Source: Blasia pusilla (lineage: Eukaryota). Taken from it: a stretch of 64,000 bases of DNA. Below the pieces are notes generated by a model. That model saw nothing but the letters and a program-made list of their open reading frames with translations. It made no database searches and was not told where the DNA came from. The stretch is from contig CM114271.1 in NCBI GenBank assembly GCA_050084515.1, positions 16,492,001 to 16,556,000 of the forward strand. Reading direction: 5' to 3'. Positions 51,601 through 64,000 of this stretch are shown here, piece after piece; the stretch's first letter is position 1; every line of letters begins with the position of its first letter. The position numbers and the translations under genes are program-made.

Positions 51601-52992
51601 TATCCTTCGGAGGATGGTGGGAATGCTGCTCATTTATTTAACAAGTTAAGATCATTCCAAATGATCTATCAGTTATATTTTTTAGCTGATATCCTTTCCA
51701 TGCTTGCAAATTTGAGCAAGATTTTCCAGTACAAGTTTGTGGATGTTAGCACTATAGGAAGCATTGTTAATTCCGAGATAGCTTCCATCACTATAAATTT
51801 TGTGATGGAAACACATGACTTGAATGCATCGACCTTCTGTGAAGACACAGGTTATCAAATTTTACCTGATTTTGGGCCTCCGAGTGGCTATCTTCGAGGT
51901 TTACAATCTGAGATAAGGGATAAAATGTTCCATAGTATAGAGATGTCTCGAGATCGCACAGATAGGGATCTGGAGGCTGCATTATTCTTTCAGAAAAGGT
52001 TTGCTGAAAGTGTATGTTCAGTTTTGCAAGATCAATTTCGAGATAACCATCTTATTGGTGCAATGAAAATTCTAAACCCCTTACACATGCCTTCTAGACA
52101 GGGGGGATTGAATAGCTGGGGCTGTCAAGATTTAGATGATTTGTGTGGTTTCTTTGGAGCTCAATTACCTCTTAGAGGTCAGTTGCAACCTGTTTTGATT
52201 AACTCTCCTATTGTGAAACAATAGTTTCAGTCTTTCAAACCGATGGCTACTACAGAGTGGAAGGATCGCAACTTTAGGGACTTATGGGCTATGGTAAGTT
52301 GGAGTCCCTCTTTGCAATGTAAGTTTTCAAACTTGTTGATTTTAGCAAATATTGCTAGAGTCCAATGTGTGAGTACTGCTATTTGCGAGTGAGCTTTCTC
52401 CATTCAAAATATGATCAAGAGCAAATCTCGCAATAGGTTGTCTACAAAATACTTAGATGTTGTTTTGAGGATTGCCTTAGAAGGCCCTTCCTCTGATTAA
52501 GAGGACTTGTTGGGTGAGTCTGTTGTGTTATGGAAAAATTCTGCTCATTTTAGATATATCTTTGCTAGTCCATAAAAATATCTGACTTCATAGGTAGAAG
52601 TAGAGGTAGAAGGAGACAACACTCGAGTTTTTGTAAAGTAGGATGTTTTTATTTAGATTTGTTGGTTTTGTAGGGCCCTTTTAGAATACTTGGAGCTTTG
52701 GGGCTCCAAGTATTGTAGAGGGGGAGGATACTTGGCTCCCAACTGGTGGGAGGAACCAGGTTCAACTCCTGCCAAGGATATCTTACTAAATGATATGTGA
52801 TTTACTACCAAGTGACACGAGGTCTTTGAAGTTGAATTTTTTTAGAGTGTTGGAAGTCACGTTGCTTAGAATGTTGGAGTGATGATAGTGAATGAATGGG
52901 AAAGATAGTGAATGAATGGGAAATCATTGTTTTCTCTTAGAAATCTTCAAAATCCAATGACGTTGAAAAAATGTCCTCACGAGACGGGTTTG
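48618..52992 (+). mobile_element. hAT DNA transposon, boundaries tentative
   Basis: Contains the transposase; loosely inverted ends CAGATCCGGGGTCGCGAG / CTCACGAGACGGGTTTG; no 8-bp TSD seen. Confidence 0.55.
50407..52600 (+). pseudogene. hAT transposase (TTF-type Zn finger, DUF4371/ZNF862-like, hATC), disrupted
   Basis: MAKRQKTLSSF; W..W..IFCK..H; FGIRIDESTD; GSDGASTMVG; VHCVAHK; RWLS; STAICE*AFS..KSRNRL; stops and frameshifts. Confidence 0.9.
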
Positions 52993-53042
52993 TAATACAA
53001 CAGAGGCAAATCAAATGCCATTACATCATAACTCCATAGTTA

Positions 53043-53072
53043 CTAGTGAGAATGCCCGTGCGATGCACCGGC
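53043..53072 (-). mobile_element. Helitron 3' terminus (hairpin + CTAG|T)
   Basis: Minus strand GCCGGTGCATCGCACGGGC-ATTCTCA-CTAG-T. Confidence 0.7.
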
Positions 53073-53191
53073 GTCCAAATTTAATTTGTTCATAAGTTCA
53101 AAGTCAGAATTAAGTTGCAAAGGAGTGAAGTCTTCCTTGCTCGAGCTCCTCTAAGTTTCTGGGTGACAAGGAGCTCCGCTCTTTTCTCACA

Positions 53192-54811
53192 GGCGGGGGA
53201 TTTACCATCCTGGACGATTTGTCCCATCTACGCCGCTTGTCCAGGTGCAAAGCGAGGCTGGAAAGAAGATCATTGCCGTGAGTTGTGATGCCGTGGTGGT
53301 TGGGTCGGGATCAAGCGGAGGAGTGGTTTCCGGGGTCCTCGCAGAAGTCGGCTAGAAAGTTTTGATCGTCAAGAAAGGGCAGTATTTTGCCAGGGATGAC
53401 CTCACTCTGCTAGAAGGGCCATCACTTGCCGGGATGTATCAAGGAGGAGGTGTTCTAGCGACGAAGAGTGGGAACGTTGCGATTCTCGCTGGATCGACTA
53501 TTGGAGGCGAGTTAGCTGTGAATTGGTCGGCATCCTTCCGAACTCCCGATCACGTCTGCCGAGAATGGGCCGAGGATTTAGGGCTCTCGATGTTCGCTGG
53601 TAGTCGATATAGTGAAGCTATGGATGCCGTCTGCTCTAAGCTCGGTGTGCACACTGTCTGTGAGCAGGAAAGTTTCCAAAAATGTGGTTCTAAGAAAAGG
53701 CTGCAAGAAAATGGGATACGGCATGGAAGATATTCCGAGAAATGTGACGGGTCAGCATTCCTGCGGATTTTGCGGCTTAGGATGCCAAAACGGAGCGAAG
53801 AAAGCCACTCCTGAGACTTGGTTGGTGGACGTTGTGAATTCCGGATCTCGGATTTTGGCTAAGTGTGAAGTTTGTGGGGTCCTACAACGCAGAAATTCCA
53901 AGTGTGGCTCAGAGAAGGAACGCAAGGCCGTTGGTGTAGTGGCTTCCATAGGCAAGAACACACTATTATACATCCAGGCCCGTGCTACTGTGATCTCAGC
54001 CGGATCGCTCTGCACCCCACCACTAGTGTTGCAAAGTGGTCTACGAAATCCGAACATCGGGAGGAACCTACACTTGCACCCGGTGCTCATGGTGTGGGGT
54101 TTCTTACCCGAGGGCCAAGGAGCCAGGGGAGTTTATTATAACGGGCCGATCATGAGCGCAATGTCAAACAGTTCGCCCAATTGGCAAGCACATTCGGCTT
54201 CTTCTGCGTACGGCAGTCTCATCAAAGTTCCTATTCTGCACCCTGGCAGCTTCGCCGCAGTGTGTCCATGGATCTCGGGTGCCGATCACAAGGAGCGCAT
54301 GAGGAAATACTCCCGTACAGCGCACTTCCTCATCCTACACAGAGATCGGGGGCATGGAGGAGTCGTGAAAATCAAAGGTAAATCTTTGGAGATCACGTAC
54401 AACGTCGACCCTCTAGATGTGGAGTCCATGAAGGACTCCACTGATGGGGCCTTGAGAGTTCTGGTGGCGGCGGGAGCTGTGGAAATTGGCACACAACACC
54501 TAACTGGCGAGACATTCCAGAGTTTGGACTGCAAACCCGAGGAATTGGAGGATTATCTAAAGAGAGTTCCATCACAAGGTGTAAGGAAACTGGCAGTTCG
54601 TATGGCCTCGGCCCACCAAATGGGATCTTGCCGCATGGGCGCTTTAGGGTTTAGGTGGTGGATGACGGCGGAGAGACGTGGAAAGTGGAGAGATTGTTTC
54701 TGGCTGATGCCAATTTTCCCCACGGCCTCAAGCGTAAATCCCATGATCACGGTGCAATCCACAGCCTTCTGCATCGCTCAATCTGTGATGATCAAACTGG
54801 AAAAAGAATAG
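53192..54811 (+). pseudogene. Long-chain fatty-alcohol oxidase (FAO, GMC oxidoreductase), 5'-truncated and disrupted
   Basis: CDAVVVGSGSSGGV; ILAGSTIGG..VNWSASFRTP; CGFCGLGC; NPNIGRNLHLHP; SAHQMGSCRMG; FPTASSVNPMITVQS; in-frame TAG at ~53353, frameshift at ~53680; upstream exon(s) not found. Confidence 0.88.
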
Positions 54812-55419
54812 GATAAAGGAGGAAGGATTGTTTCATTTCTTCCCCGATGCGATTCATAGTTGTCACATTCCCCATAAGGCGGAAGACAGGAACAAAAGAC
54901 CCCTTCCATTCATCTGAGCTCTCGTCTGGCGAGCCGTGAACTCCTCTTTTAAACTCCCGTCATCATGCTCGGAAGGAATTATCGAGATTATGTCGCGATG
55001 AGAATCGCGATGCACGGGCACTCCCACGCAACCCTGATGCGCAGGCCCGATGAATTAAATTGGCCGTGCAAACCTCGAACATTTAGACGGCATAATATAA
55101 TAGAGCAGGCGTGAGAGGACGATGACGGGGTGGTGAAAGGCGGAAAAGGTGAGGAAAAAATCATTCTTACAAACAATCGCCTCAATGAGCCTGTTACGAA
55201 AATTCCACAATCATAGTGATATGCCCCTGACGTAAAATCCAAAAAAATCGGAGCAAAACTTTGGTGAATAGTTTTACCACATTCAATCTGGCGCTCCTTC
55301 AATCTCCAACGCTGCTTCTCCTTCACTTCCTCCGATAACTCTCTCCACATTTGATTTAAGGCCGTCCTAAAGCAAGGAAAGAAACACGTGTGATACTACA
55401 CCTGGTCCAATGTTCGGAG

Positions 55420-56100
55420 AGATCCGGGGTTACGAGTAACCCCGGCCGGCAAATTTCAGGAAAATCCGACGCCGGAAGAAGTCGACCGGCACCAGTTCCG
55501 GGCGGTAATGAATAGCTGCCGGAAGTTGACAGGGCAGTCCTGCAGGCGCCGGAATGTGACTGCCTGAATGTCGGAACATGCCGGAATGTGGCGACGTCCG
55601 GGCAGGAAAGCCGGTTTTCGGCTGGATAACATTTACCGGCGGACGGTTTATTGCCGTTTGGGGTTCCGGCTGCCGGAAATGCGGGAGTGGCTTAGATTTG
55701 CTTAGGGGGAGGCGGCTCGATCCAGACCGTCCCCTCAAATGTGTGCCCTAACACCCACTTAGGGCACACTAATTTGAGCCGTCCGATCTAAATCGAACGG
55801 CTTCAGTTAGGGTCGCCCATCTGCCAAGGGGCTCGCAGGGGGGTGGAGACTCGACTACGGGCCCTGAACCCCCTCATTCTGCTCTGCCTCACTCCGCAGC
55901 CTGCGCTCCGCAGCCTCCGCAGCTCCGCTTTGCTCCTTTTCGCTTTTCGGCTTTGCTCCTCTCCGCAGCTCGGCAGCCTCGGCTTTTCTGCGCTCGGATC
56001 CGCAGCCTCCGCAACTCGGCGAGTCGGCTTTGCTCCTTTTCGGTTTTCGGCTTTGCTCCTCTCCGCAGCTTGGCGAGTCCGCTTTGCTCCTTTTCGGTCA
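55420..56100 (+). repeat. GC-rich segment resembling the 5' region of the hAT-like element, with short tandem repeats (CTCCGCAGC / CTTTGCTCCTTTTCG) at 55880-56095
   Basis: AGATCCGGGGTTACGAG resembles AGATCCGGGGTCGCGAG at 48619; similar CCGG-rich then C-rich layout. Confidence 0.45.
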
Positions 56101-56456
56101 AAATATACATTCCTCACAAAATATACTCATTCCACGTTATGCCTTCCTACAAGATGAAGTTGTGAGCCAATTAGTCATTCACGAGGTGATTTAAACACAA
56201 AACCAGCTCGTAAAAGTAGCCTTTTACGATCAGACCCCGTCCTTACCGCACACTGGTTACATCTTACGAAAGAAAAATGAAAGAATGTAAATCGGAACAG
56301 ATAGCCTAGGCTGCCACTCGGAGGGGGCCAATGGTGGGTGAGTACTCATCAAAATTTCCGGTCTACATACAGTTTTGGAACGAGTCTCTAAAAACCCGCT
56401 CCCATTAATCCAAGTTACATTGATTTCACTCAAAAACTCGCGAATATCAATAAAGC

Positions 56457-58662
56457 TCACTGACGTATCAGATTAGCAAGTTTCAAAAAACTTTGTTGAG
56501 ACGATCCGCCCTCTTCGATAGCTGCAGCTGCTGACGCTTTGAGCTGCTCGGCCCTCTCTTTCAGACGTTTGCCCAATTCTGTCGACATGGCGGTGACCAC
56601 CGTATTCGTCACTTCCCCTCTATCTACAAAACCGGAAGCATCTACAGGAAGAAGGAGTGCCACCCGTTCATGCTCCGCAATATATCTGCTTGGTTACAGC
56701 GTTCCAATTCCATTAGATACACGAACGGTTATCTCTGTCAGATAATCTCCACCCAGCAGAAAGAATTCGGTCTTCATTGACTGAGACTTCCTAACAAGAA
56801 TTCAATGGATAGAAATCCGATCTATAAGCTGGGTGCATTAAATGTTGCAACCCAGCATGTCGTTTTCGGTTCCACACCATGCAGACAGAAAGCCTTTCTT
56901 TCCATGCCTCCAGGGAGGTGACGCTCACTCGGATCGTTCTAACTTCTAATCACAGGATCAAAAGATATGAGACAGTTGTGATTACCACGCGTTTGACCTA
57001 CTTTATCTCGGGCTGCAAAAGCTCGACCTCTTGAGCTGAATCGACAGACACACGAATTAGATGCGGTAAATTTACCTGGCATTGGGCAGCTGGTCTGCAA
57101 ACGATGGCCATCCAATGATCGGAACACCTCTGACTATGCTTTCCAGCACGGAGTTCCATCCACAGTGCATCAGAAACACAGCCACGGAAGGATGAGACAA
57201 AATTTTTAGCTGCGGGGCCCAGCCCCTGACAATCAGCCCACGGTCCTTCACCCGTTCTTCGAAACCAGGTGGCAACAAATTGGGCATTTCCTCCTTCGTT
57301 ACGCTCGGAGATGGTCTCAAAACCCATAGGAACCGTGCTTGGCTTGCCTCCAATCCCAAAGCCAGCTCGTGGACGTGTTCAATGGACCATGCCTGCATGC
57401 CCGTGGTGCCAAAATTTACATACACAACTGAGCAGGCCGACTGCTGCTCCAGCCACCGCAGGCATTCATCGTCCACATATTCGACATCATCCTCGAAACA
57501 AATTTGGCTAACCCGGACTGCCGAGTCCAGAGGACCCACTGGAAATACGTCTACCTGTTTCATCATAAAAAGAAGTTACGCGCAGCATCTTGGTGAGACC
57601 CAAAACTCTAAACTCTCAATAGCTTAATTTCGGCATCTTGAAAAGCAGGAATGGCTGTTTTTTCAAGCTAGGTAATAATTGCTGCCAATCATTGGGTGCT
57701 GCGGGTGGAGGATTGCAAATGCGGCGCAAGGACACAGGACAGGGAATCGGAGGAGAAGGACGGGCGGCAATATGGCCATCTTATATGTCCAGGACACTCA
57801 GGAAATTGTACATACCTGGAAGTCGCGGCGGATGCTTTCGACATGTTTTGGTTCAAACTCATTGAACGAATTAATCAAAATTCCTGCTGATCCAGCAATA
57901 GAACCTACTACGTATTTCCCCACCCTGTCCCAAAAAATTTCCGCAATCCGACTCTCTCCTTCATCATCGAGTTGCGGAATCCGATTCGAAAGAGCAGTCA
58001 TCCCATATAAACTGTACGCTCCGGATGCCCATAAGAGACACCTAGGAATGTTCAGCTTGGCTGCCAAGTCCTATTCCAATCGAAAAGTCGCCCGAACGTT
58101 CTCATCGGTTAATTATTCTTCGCATACATCCAATGCATGCAGAATAAGAAAACAGACCAAGAGTTTCCATGGCCACGTGAAAGATCTCAAGTATCAGGAG
58201 AAATGTGCAAAGGAAATGTTTTGCACTTACCGCTGTCCAATATTGGAGGACATCAGAGATTATACATGTGGGACGTCCTGGACTGCTGGAACCAGGCAGG
58301 AGCTCCTTCTCCGCGTAATCATTCACCGCAAGAGACATCTCTGCAATGTCAATCTCCACACCCATCGCGCCTGGTGGCGGAGTGTAAGCAAGGTCAAGAC
58401 GCAGCCCAATGAAATTTATTTGCTCGCTCAAATTGCCAAAACTTTTAACAACAGGCTCGATCAAGTGTTCAAAGCTGAGAATTGTAAGTTTAATATTCCC
58501 TTCGAGCAGACGCACTAGCTGCTCCGCCACGTGCACCATAGGCGTGATGTGAGGGAGCGCTGGATGAGGTATCATTAGCAAGTGAGGGGCTCTGCTCTCC
58601 ACGCCCTCGTTCCTACAACTTTTCTCCGCAGCTTCAGCACCATTGCAACTTTCGTGCGGCAT
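56457..58662 (-). CDS. Family-1 UDP-glycosyltransferase, 464 aa; exons 58662-58231, 58070-57816, 57554-57076, 56685-56457
   Basis: PHPALPHITPM (catalytic His), CIISD, VVYVNFGT, PSPG box WAPQLKILSHPSVAVFLMHCGWNSVLESIVRGVPIIGWPSFADQ, GGSS; exon lengths sum to 1395 nt in frame with GT-AG introns. Confidence 0.92.
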
Positions 58663-59349
58663 GCTTGATGGAGCTCAGTCGAGCCCTAGTCGACGACGGT
58701 AGTCGAGAATGAGCTTTGGCGAGGCAACTCAGAATGACATCTTCAAACAGATTAGTATCGGTTCATATATTCGAAGGGATTTGTATGGGGTCCTATTCAC
58801 ATATGCACCGTGGTCCTACTCATAACACGAGAAGCATTCCACATTTTCGGAGAGTTTTCATTCATTGACTTTTCCAATCTTCACCCCAACATCGTCGGTC
58901 ACGTTCCGGTCGGAACTAACCAGCACGTGTTGTCGGCCGGGCAGGGCTGCCGGTTTGAGGCCGGGATGACATTCCAGGTAGACGGATTGTGGCTGAGTGA
59001 CTTCCTGGCAGCCGGGAAATTTTGAAACTCGAACGTTTTTCGCTAGTGTGATGGACGGCAACATCGCCTTAAGGGGAGACGGCTTAATCTTAGTCGCTCA
59101 CTCGAAGTTGTGCCCTACCTGCCCATTTAGGACAGTAATGTGACTCGATCGGACGGCTACATGAAAAAAGAAGGGGCCAGGCCGCTGGGTGGAGACCCAA
59201 CTACGGGGCTCTCCACACCTCATTCTCTCCTTTACGCTTCACTTGCTCTCTCCGAGCTGCCCTGTCTCAAGTTCGAACTTCGAAAAATACATAAGACAAT
59301 CATTGTGTTCGTAGGTAAGGTAGGTAATGGGCTTGACATTATCGCATTT

Positions 59350-59703
59350 CGGTTCATATGATGAAAGAGAAGAGCAACCTCCATACGAAGCAATGCGTCT
59401 ATACTTGAAAAAGTTTGTATAGCATGGAGGGATGTATGGTACTCAATGTATGGCTGGATTGATTTTGATTCTGTCTTTTATAGAATCTTTTGTAAAGTTT
59501 GTAGGATAGGAAGGGGAAGAGTGTCTTTTCCAGAGATGGAGCAATTAATTGCAAGGTTTCAGCTTTTACTGATCATGCCAAGTCCAACGAGCAAATCAAG
59601 CTTGCATGGGCTGGAAATGGGGGTAAGAAGCCAATGGCCAAGGCCATTGCCACAACCAACCAAACTTGCCATTGTTTAAGTGCACATACTTCCTTTTGAA
59701 GGA
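59350..59703 (+). pseudogene. hAT transposase N-terminal fragment, interrupted by PHD-Gypsy copy 3
   Basis: Similar to 50500-50870 (WRDVWYSMYGWIDFD..IFCKVC; AKAIATTN). Confidence 0.8.
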
Positions 59704-61301
59704 TGTCGTGCGCATACACATCGCTACATAACGTACATCGCTGTCACTGAACATAAACATAAACACGCACGATCCCATGCGAACTCATGGCATCCAAACA
59801 AGGAGACAAGAAGTACTAAAATATCTCCAATCGCCCCCCTAGCTGGTGGTTAGGTCCCTCTAACTCCAAATAGCCATCTATCCCTACCTACCATGACATA
59901 CATCTCTAGGACGCTAAGAGCAAAAAGGTCGGGTGCTCATGTGGCCCCATCGTTCGTCGCCTTCCTATCATCCATATCACGAAAAAAAACGGAATCGAAA
60001 CCTACCTAGTATCTCCTCTATGTACATCTGGGACACATCCATCGTCCCCGAGGAACCCTAGTGAGAGGTGGCGTCAGACATGCCATATGCCAACCTCTCG
60101 AACATCCATCACAGACTAGCATCATGGGCGTACCACGGGCAAAACCACACAACATACAACGCAAGCCTGCAGGAACTACTGCTAAGCTTGGATCTATTGT
60201 ACCATCAATGTTAGGAAGGTGACATGGTGCACAATTACGCACATGGTCCTTCCATTCCATACCATCGCGTCCCTCTAGCAAGAGAACACCGGATGGCAAA
60301 TCGTCATGCACTTTCATGATAGGACGCCCTGCAGTCACATCCAACGTCGTCGGATAGTTGGTCGATAACCACCACCCCGAATAGTCGCATACCTCAACGT
60401 ATCCCGATGTTGCGCAATTGCCAAGTTCTCGAACGCCATGGGCATCACTCTCCAAAACAACTCGGCCCTCTGAGAACATGCTCGCATCCATACATCTGGG
60501 TAATCAAGGTCCAGCACCTCACCAGCATCTTGACGAATGGCCGCAGGTAAATCTGGCTCTTGACCATAAAGTAGCAAGTATGGTGAAGAAGACGCCAAGG
60601 ATGCATGTCTGCTAAATCTATATCCCATCACCAATCATGGCAACTAGAGATCCCAATCTCCTAGGTGACCTCTCTGCAAGCCATACTTGCGTAAACCCCT
60701 CTTCACCGTCTACACAACTCTCTCCGCTAATCCATCCGCCTCGGGATCATCTTACGAAGTCGTATGGTGGTCGATCAGTGTTTGATCACACAAGGCCTGG
60801 AACTCACCGCGAAACTCGATACCTTGGTCTATCAACACCTCAGCGCGTGCGCCATAATGACTCAGCACTCTATCAAGGAAGGCATAAGCTACTCCCTCAC
60901 TCGCTTTGTCAAGCAATGCAACCAACTCGATCCACTTCGAGAAGTGCTCGATCATCACCAACACATAATGACTATGACGCTCCATCAAAGGCAAAGGTCC
61001 TACAAAATCCAAACTCCATCTATATCTTAAGCCCATGATAGGTAATGGATGCAACTGTGGGGTCGGAGCATTGAACGATGCGCGGACCCGATCACACACC
61101 ATGCACCTGGCAACAAACTGCTGAACGTCAGTCTCCATGCCTCGCCACCAATACTGAATCTGGAGCAAGTTGTACTTCCGCTTCATCCCAAAGTGACCCA
61201 TTTCCTCGTGGGCATGTTGCACTAGTCGTGCTCTCTGCGAAGGATGCGGCACTACGCGTACTCTGCCATCCTCCCAAACCCTCAAAATATGTGTCCCCTC
61301 C
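59704..61301 (-). mobile_element. PHD-Gypsy copy 3: integrase, PHD finger (60021-60158), 3' UTR, PPT, single B repeat (59704-59831)
   Basis: Homologous to ~680-2315; ends ...GCACGACA directly against hAT sequence; cut at 61301 by a chromovirus LTR. Confidence 0.92.
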
Positions 61302-61654
61302 TGTAACTCTCCAGCTCACGGAACCACTCTAGAGTTGCTCAAAGGTAGAATGCCCTCAAGGCCTCTCCTCTTCCTTTATATACTTAGAGATAGGTACAAT
61401 GAAGACAAATTAGCTCTACCTATCCTTATGCCACATGTCCTACTCTCATAGCATGAGAGAATCTCCTTTGGAGTCTAATGTCCCAACCTCATCTTCCTCG
61501 ACCTCATCCTTATCTCCCTTTTCACCAACCTATGGCCCCACTCTCATCTTTATCTCATGTATCTTGTCTTTTCTCTTTTTGGTTGATTCTTTCCCACTTA
61601 TGCGCTTCATGTCATAGATTCTAACTTAACTATGACTAACAAAGGATGGTTACA
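61302..61654 (-). repeat. 3' LTR of a chromovirus (353 bp)
   Basis: TGTAAC...GTTACA termini; PPT ATGGGGGGAGGTT adjacent at ~61655-61667 on the minus strand. Confidence 0.88.
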
Positions 61655-61689
61655 AACCTCCCCCCATTTAAGACACAACGTCCTCGTTG

Positions 61690-64000
61690 TGAGAACTTTC
61701 AAACTCTTGCACTATTAATGGTGCGTTCGCCAAGTTGGCTGAGGGTTCCTATGTGGCCTCAAATAGTGGATATCCTTTCCATTAGACCAAATATTCAACT
61801 CATTGGTGATGAGCTCTTCGAGTGCGTTTCTTCAAGATACGTTCCACTTCAAATTCTTCATGATCTCCGACTATTTGAGGTAGTGGTGGAGTGACAATAT
61901 TGTCCTTAAATCTCTTACGGCGTGGAATAAACGGTCGAAGAAGAGAGACATGAAACACATGATGGATTTTCATATGCATCGATAGATCTAGCTTATACGC
62001 CACGGCGCCCACTTTTTGTAGGATAGTGAAAGGCCCAATATAGGGAGGATTAAGCTTACGAACTCCTACTAATGATAAATTGGTTGTTGCTAACCAAACC
62101 TTGTCTCCTTCACAAAACTCGACATCTCGACGATGAGCATCTGCATATTATTTTTGTCGATTTTGGGCAATAACCAACTTCTCCTTATCAAGTTGAACCC
62201 CTTTCTGAATTTGGTCCACAAACTCATTAACTGCAGCTACCTTTATAGGTTCCCTCTTACTTTTCCCTATTCGAGTGAGACTAGAAGGAATTGAGGGATG
62301 CTCGCCATGCATTAAAAAGAACGGTGTGATCTTAGTGGAAGAGTTCATGGAGTTATTATATGAGAACTCTACTAAGGGTAACAATGAGTCCCATCCTTGT
62401 TGATCCTCCAATGTTAAGGCGCGTAGCATATCCTCAATAGTACGGTTGGCCCTTTTAGTTTGTCCATCAGTTTGAGGGTGATAAACCGTAGACATGGCTA
62501 GTTTAGTTTGGAGCAATCCGAATAAAGCCTTCCAAAATAAACTCGTGAAATGGGTTCCCCTATCAATGATAAGCACTTTAGGAAGACCATGATGGACAAA
62601 GACTGTCTCGATGTAGATCCTAGCCAACTCTCGTGCAGTCACAGTCTTCTTGGTCGGACGAAGGTGTATCAACTTGCTTAGTCTATCCACAAAGACCACA
62701 ATAGAGTCATATCCCGTGATCGTACATGGTAGCTCACAAACAAGATCTATAGTGACTTGTTTCCAACATTTTTGAGGTATTGGGATCGGCTGCAACAATC
62801 CTGCTGGTTTTGTGTTACTAGCCTTGATTTGTTGACAAATCCTACAACTCCTTACATATATGTCAACATCTTCTCTCATTTTGGGCCAATAGTACGCTCG
62901 TTGTAATCCCTCTAAGGTTTTTCTCAGCTCCCATGTGACCCGCAATGACTGTGTCGTGAGCTTCAGACAATACTTCAGTGCGTAATTTTGGATCTTGTGG
63001 GATCCATACTTTATCTTTATGGAAAACCAATCCTTGAGCCTTGTATACTCTATTGGCATGAATAGCCACGGTAATTTCTTCATCCTCCTTTGTGGCTTTG
63101 GATAACTTTTTCCACCAACTAGAGTGAATCTCCACTTCATTTATGTTATTCATCTGTGGTATACGAGTCAAGGCGTCTGCCAACTGCTTCTTTCCTTCCA
63201 CATAGACAATTTTCATCATGAATTGTTGTCGCCATTCTGCCCATCGAATTTGACGTTTGGAGAGCTCCTTCTGGGACTCTAAGTAGACCAAGGGCTTGTG
63301 ATTAGTCTCCACCACAAACTCCTTATCGCCCAAGTAATGTTTCCAATGTTTGGTTGCCAACACAATAGCAAGTTCTTCTCGCTCAGTTGTATGGTAGTTT
63401 TGCTCCGCTGGCAATAGCTTGCAAGAAAAGAAGGCAATAGGATGTCATCCATCCTCCCATTCTTGTTGTAGTACTCCTCCAATACTAGTACCTGAAGCAT
63501 CTGTGGCCAACTTGATGGGTCGATTAGGATCATACCACTTCAATATAGGGGCTTTGATCAAGGCATCCTTTAATGATTGAAAAGCAATCTCTTGTGATGT
63601 GCCCCAATTCCATTTTTGTCCTTTCCCTAGTAAAGCTGTTAAGGATTGTGAAATTTGAGCAAAACCTTTGACAAATCTTCGATAGAATCCTGTTAACCCT
63701 AGAAAACTCTTCAATTGAGTTTGATCCTCAGGTGCACTCCATTTTTGGATCGCTTCTACCTTCTCACTCATCACTTGAATACCTTCTACGCTTACTCGAT
63801 GCCCTACATAATCAACTTCTGTTTTACCGAACTCACATTTTGACGCTTTAGCATACAACTCATTATCTTCTAGGATTTGAAGGACTTCTCGTAGATGATT
63901 TATATACTCCTCTATCGTTTTACCATAGACTAAGATATCATCTAAGAATACAATGACAGACTTGTCTAAATATGGACGAAAGATATCATTCATTAGGCCC
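61690..64000 (-). pseudogene. Chromovirus (Ty3/Gypsy) pol: RT, RNase H, integrase, chromodomain; degenerate, runs off the window
   Basis: VIVFLDDILVY; LATDAS; VFVDRLSK; HPQTDGQT; IHHVFHVSLLRP; EEFEVERIL...YLV*WKGY chromodomain. Confidence 0.92.

Noticed and set aside
57679-58518. 279-aa plus-strand ORF
   Set aside because: Antisense shadow of the UGT exons and introns

Overview
Eukaryotic, transposon-rich plant genomic DNA, probably a non-seed land plant (inferred from the gene and TE repertoire). Three spliced host genes reconstruct as intact: Elongin C (+, 3 exons, 98 aa), a SEX4-type phosphoglucan phosphatase (-, DSP + CBM48) and a family-1 UDP-glycosyltransferase (-, 4 exons, 464 aa). 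A long-chain fatty-alcohol oxidase is a pseudogene. The rest is decayed TEs: a Helitron with both ends, a second Helitron-like relic, a CRE-like RLE non-LTR element, Copia, hAT and chromovirus pieces. The most unusual signal is a Ty3/Gypsy family present as three partial copies plus a distant relative. Its DDE integrase ends in a PHD finger instead of a chromodomain. Its termini are not a normal LTR pair: pieced together they read A-gag-pol-PPT-B-(AC)-A-B, a split-direct-repeat layout typical of tyrosine-recombinase Ngaro/PAT elements, with a CA-ac-TG end-to-end junction and no visible PBS. This layout is a composite of incomplete copies and needs genome-wide confirmation.
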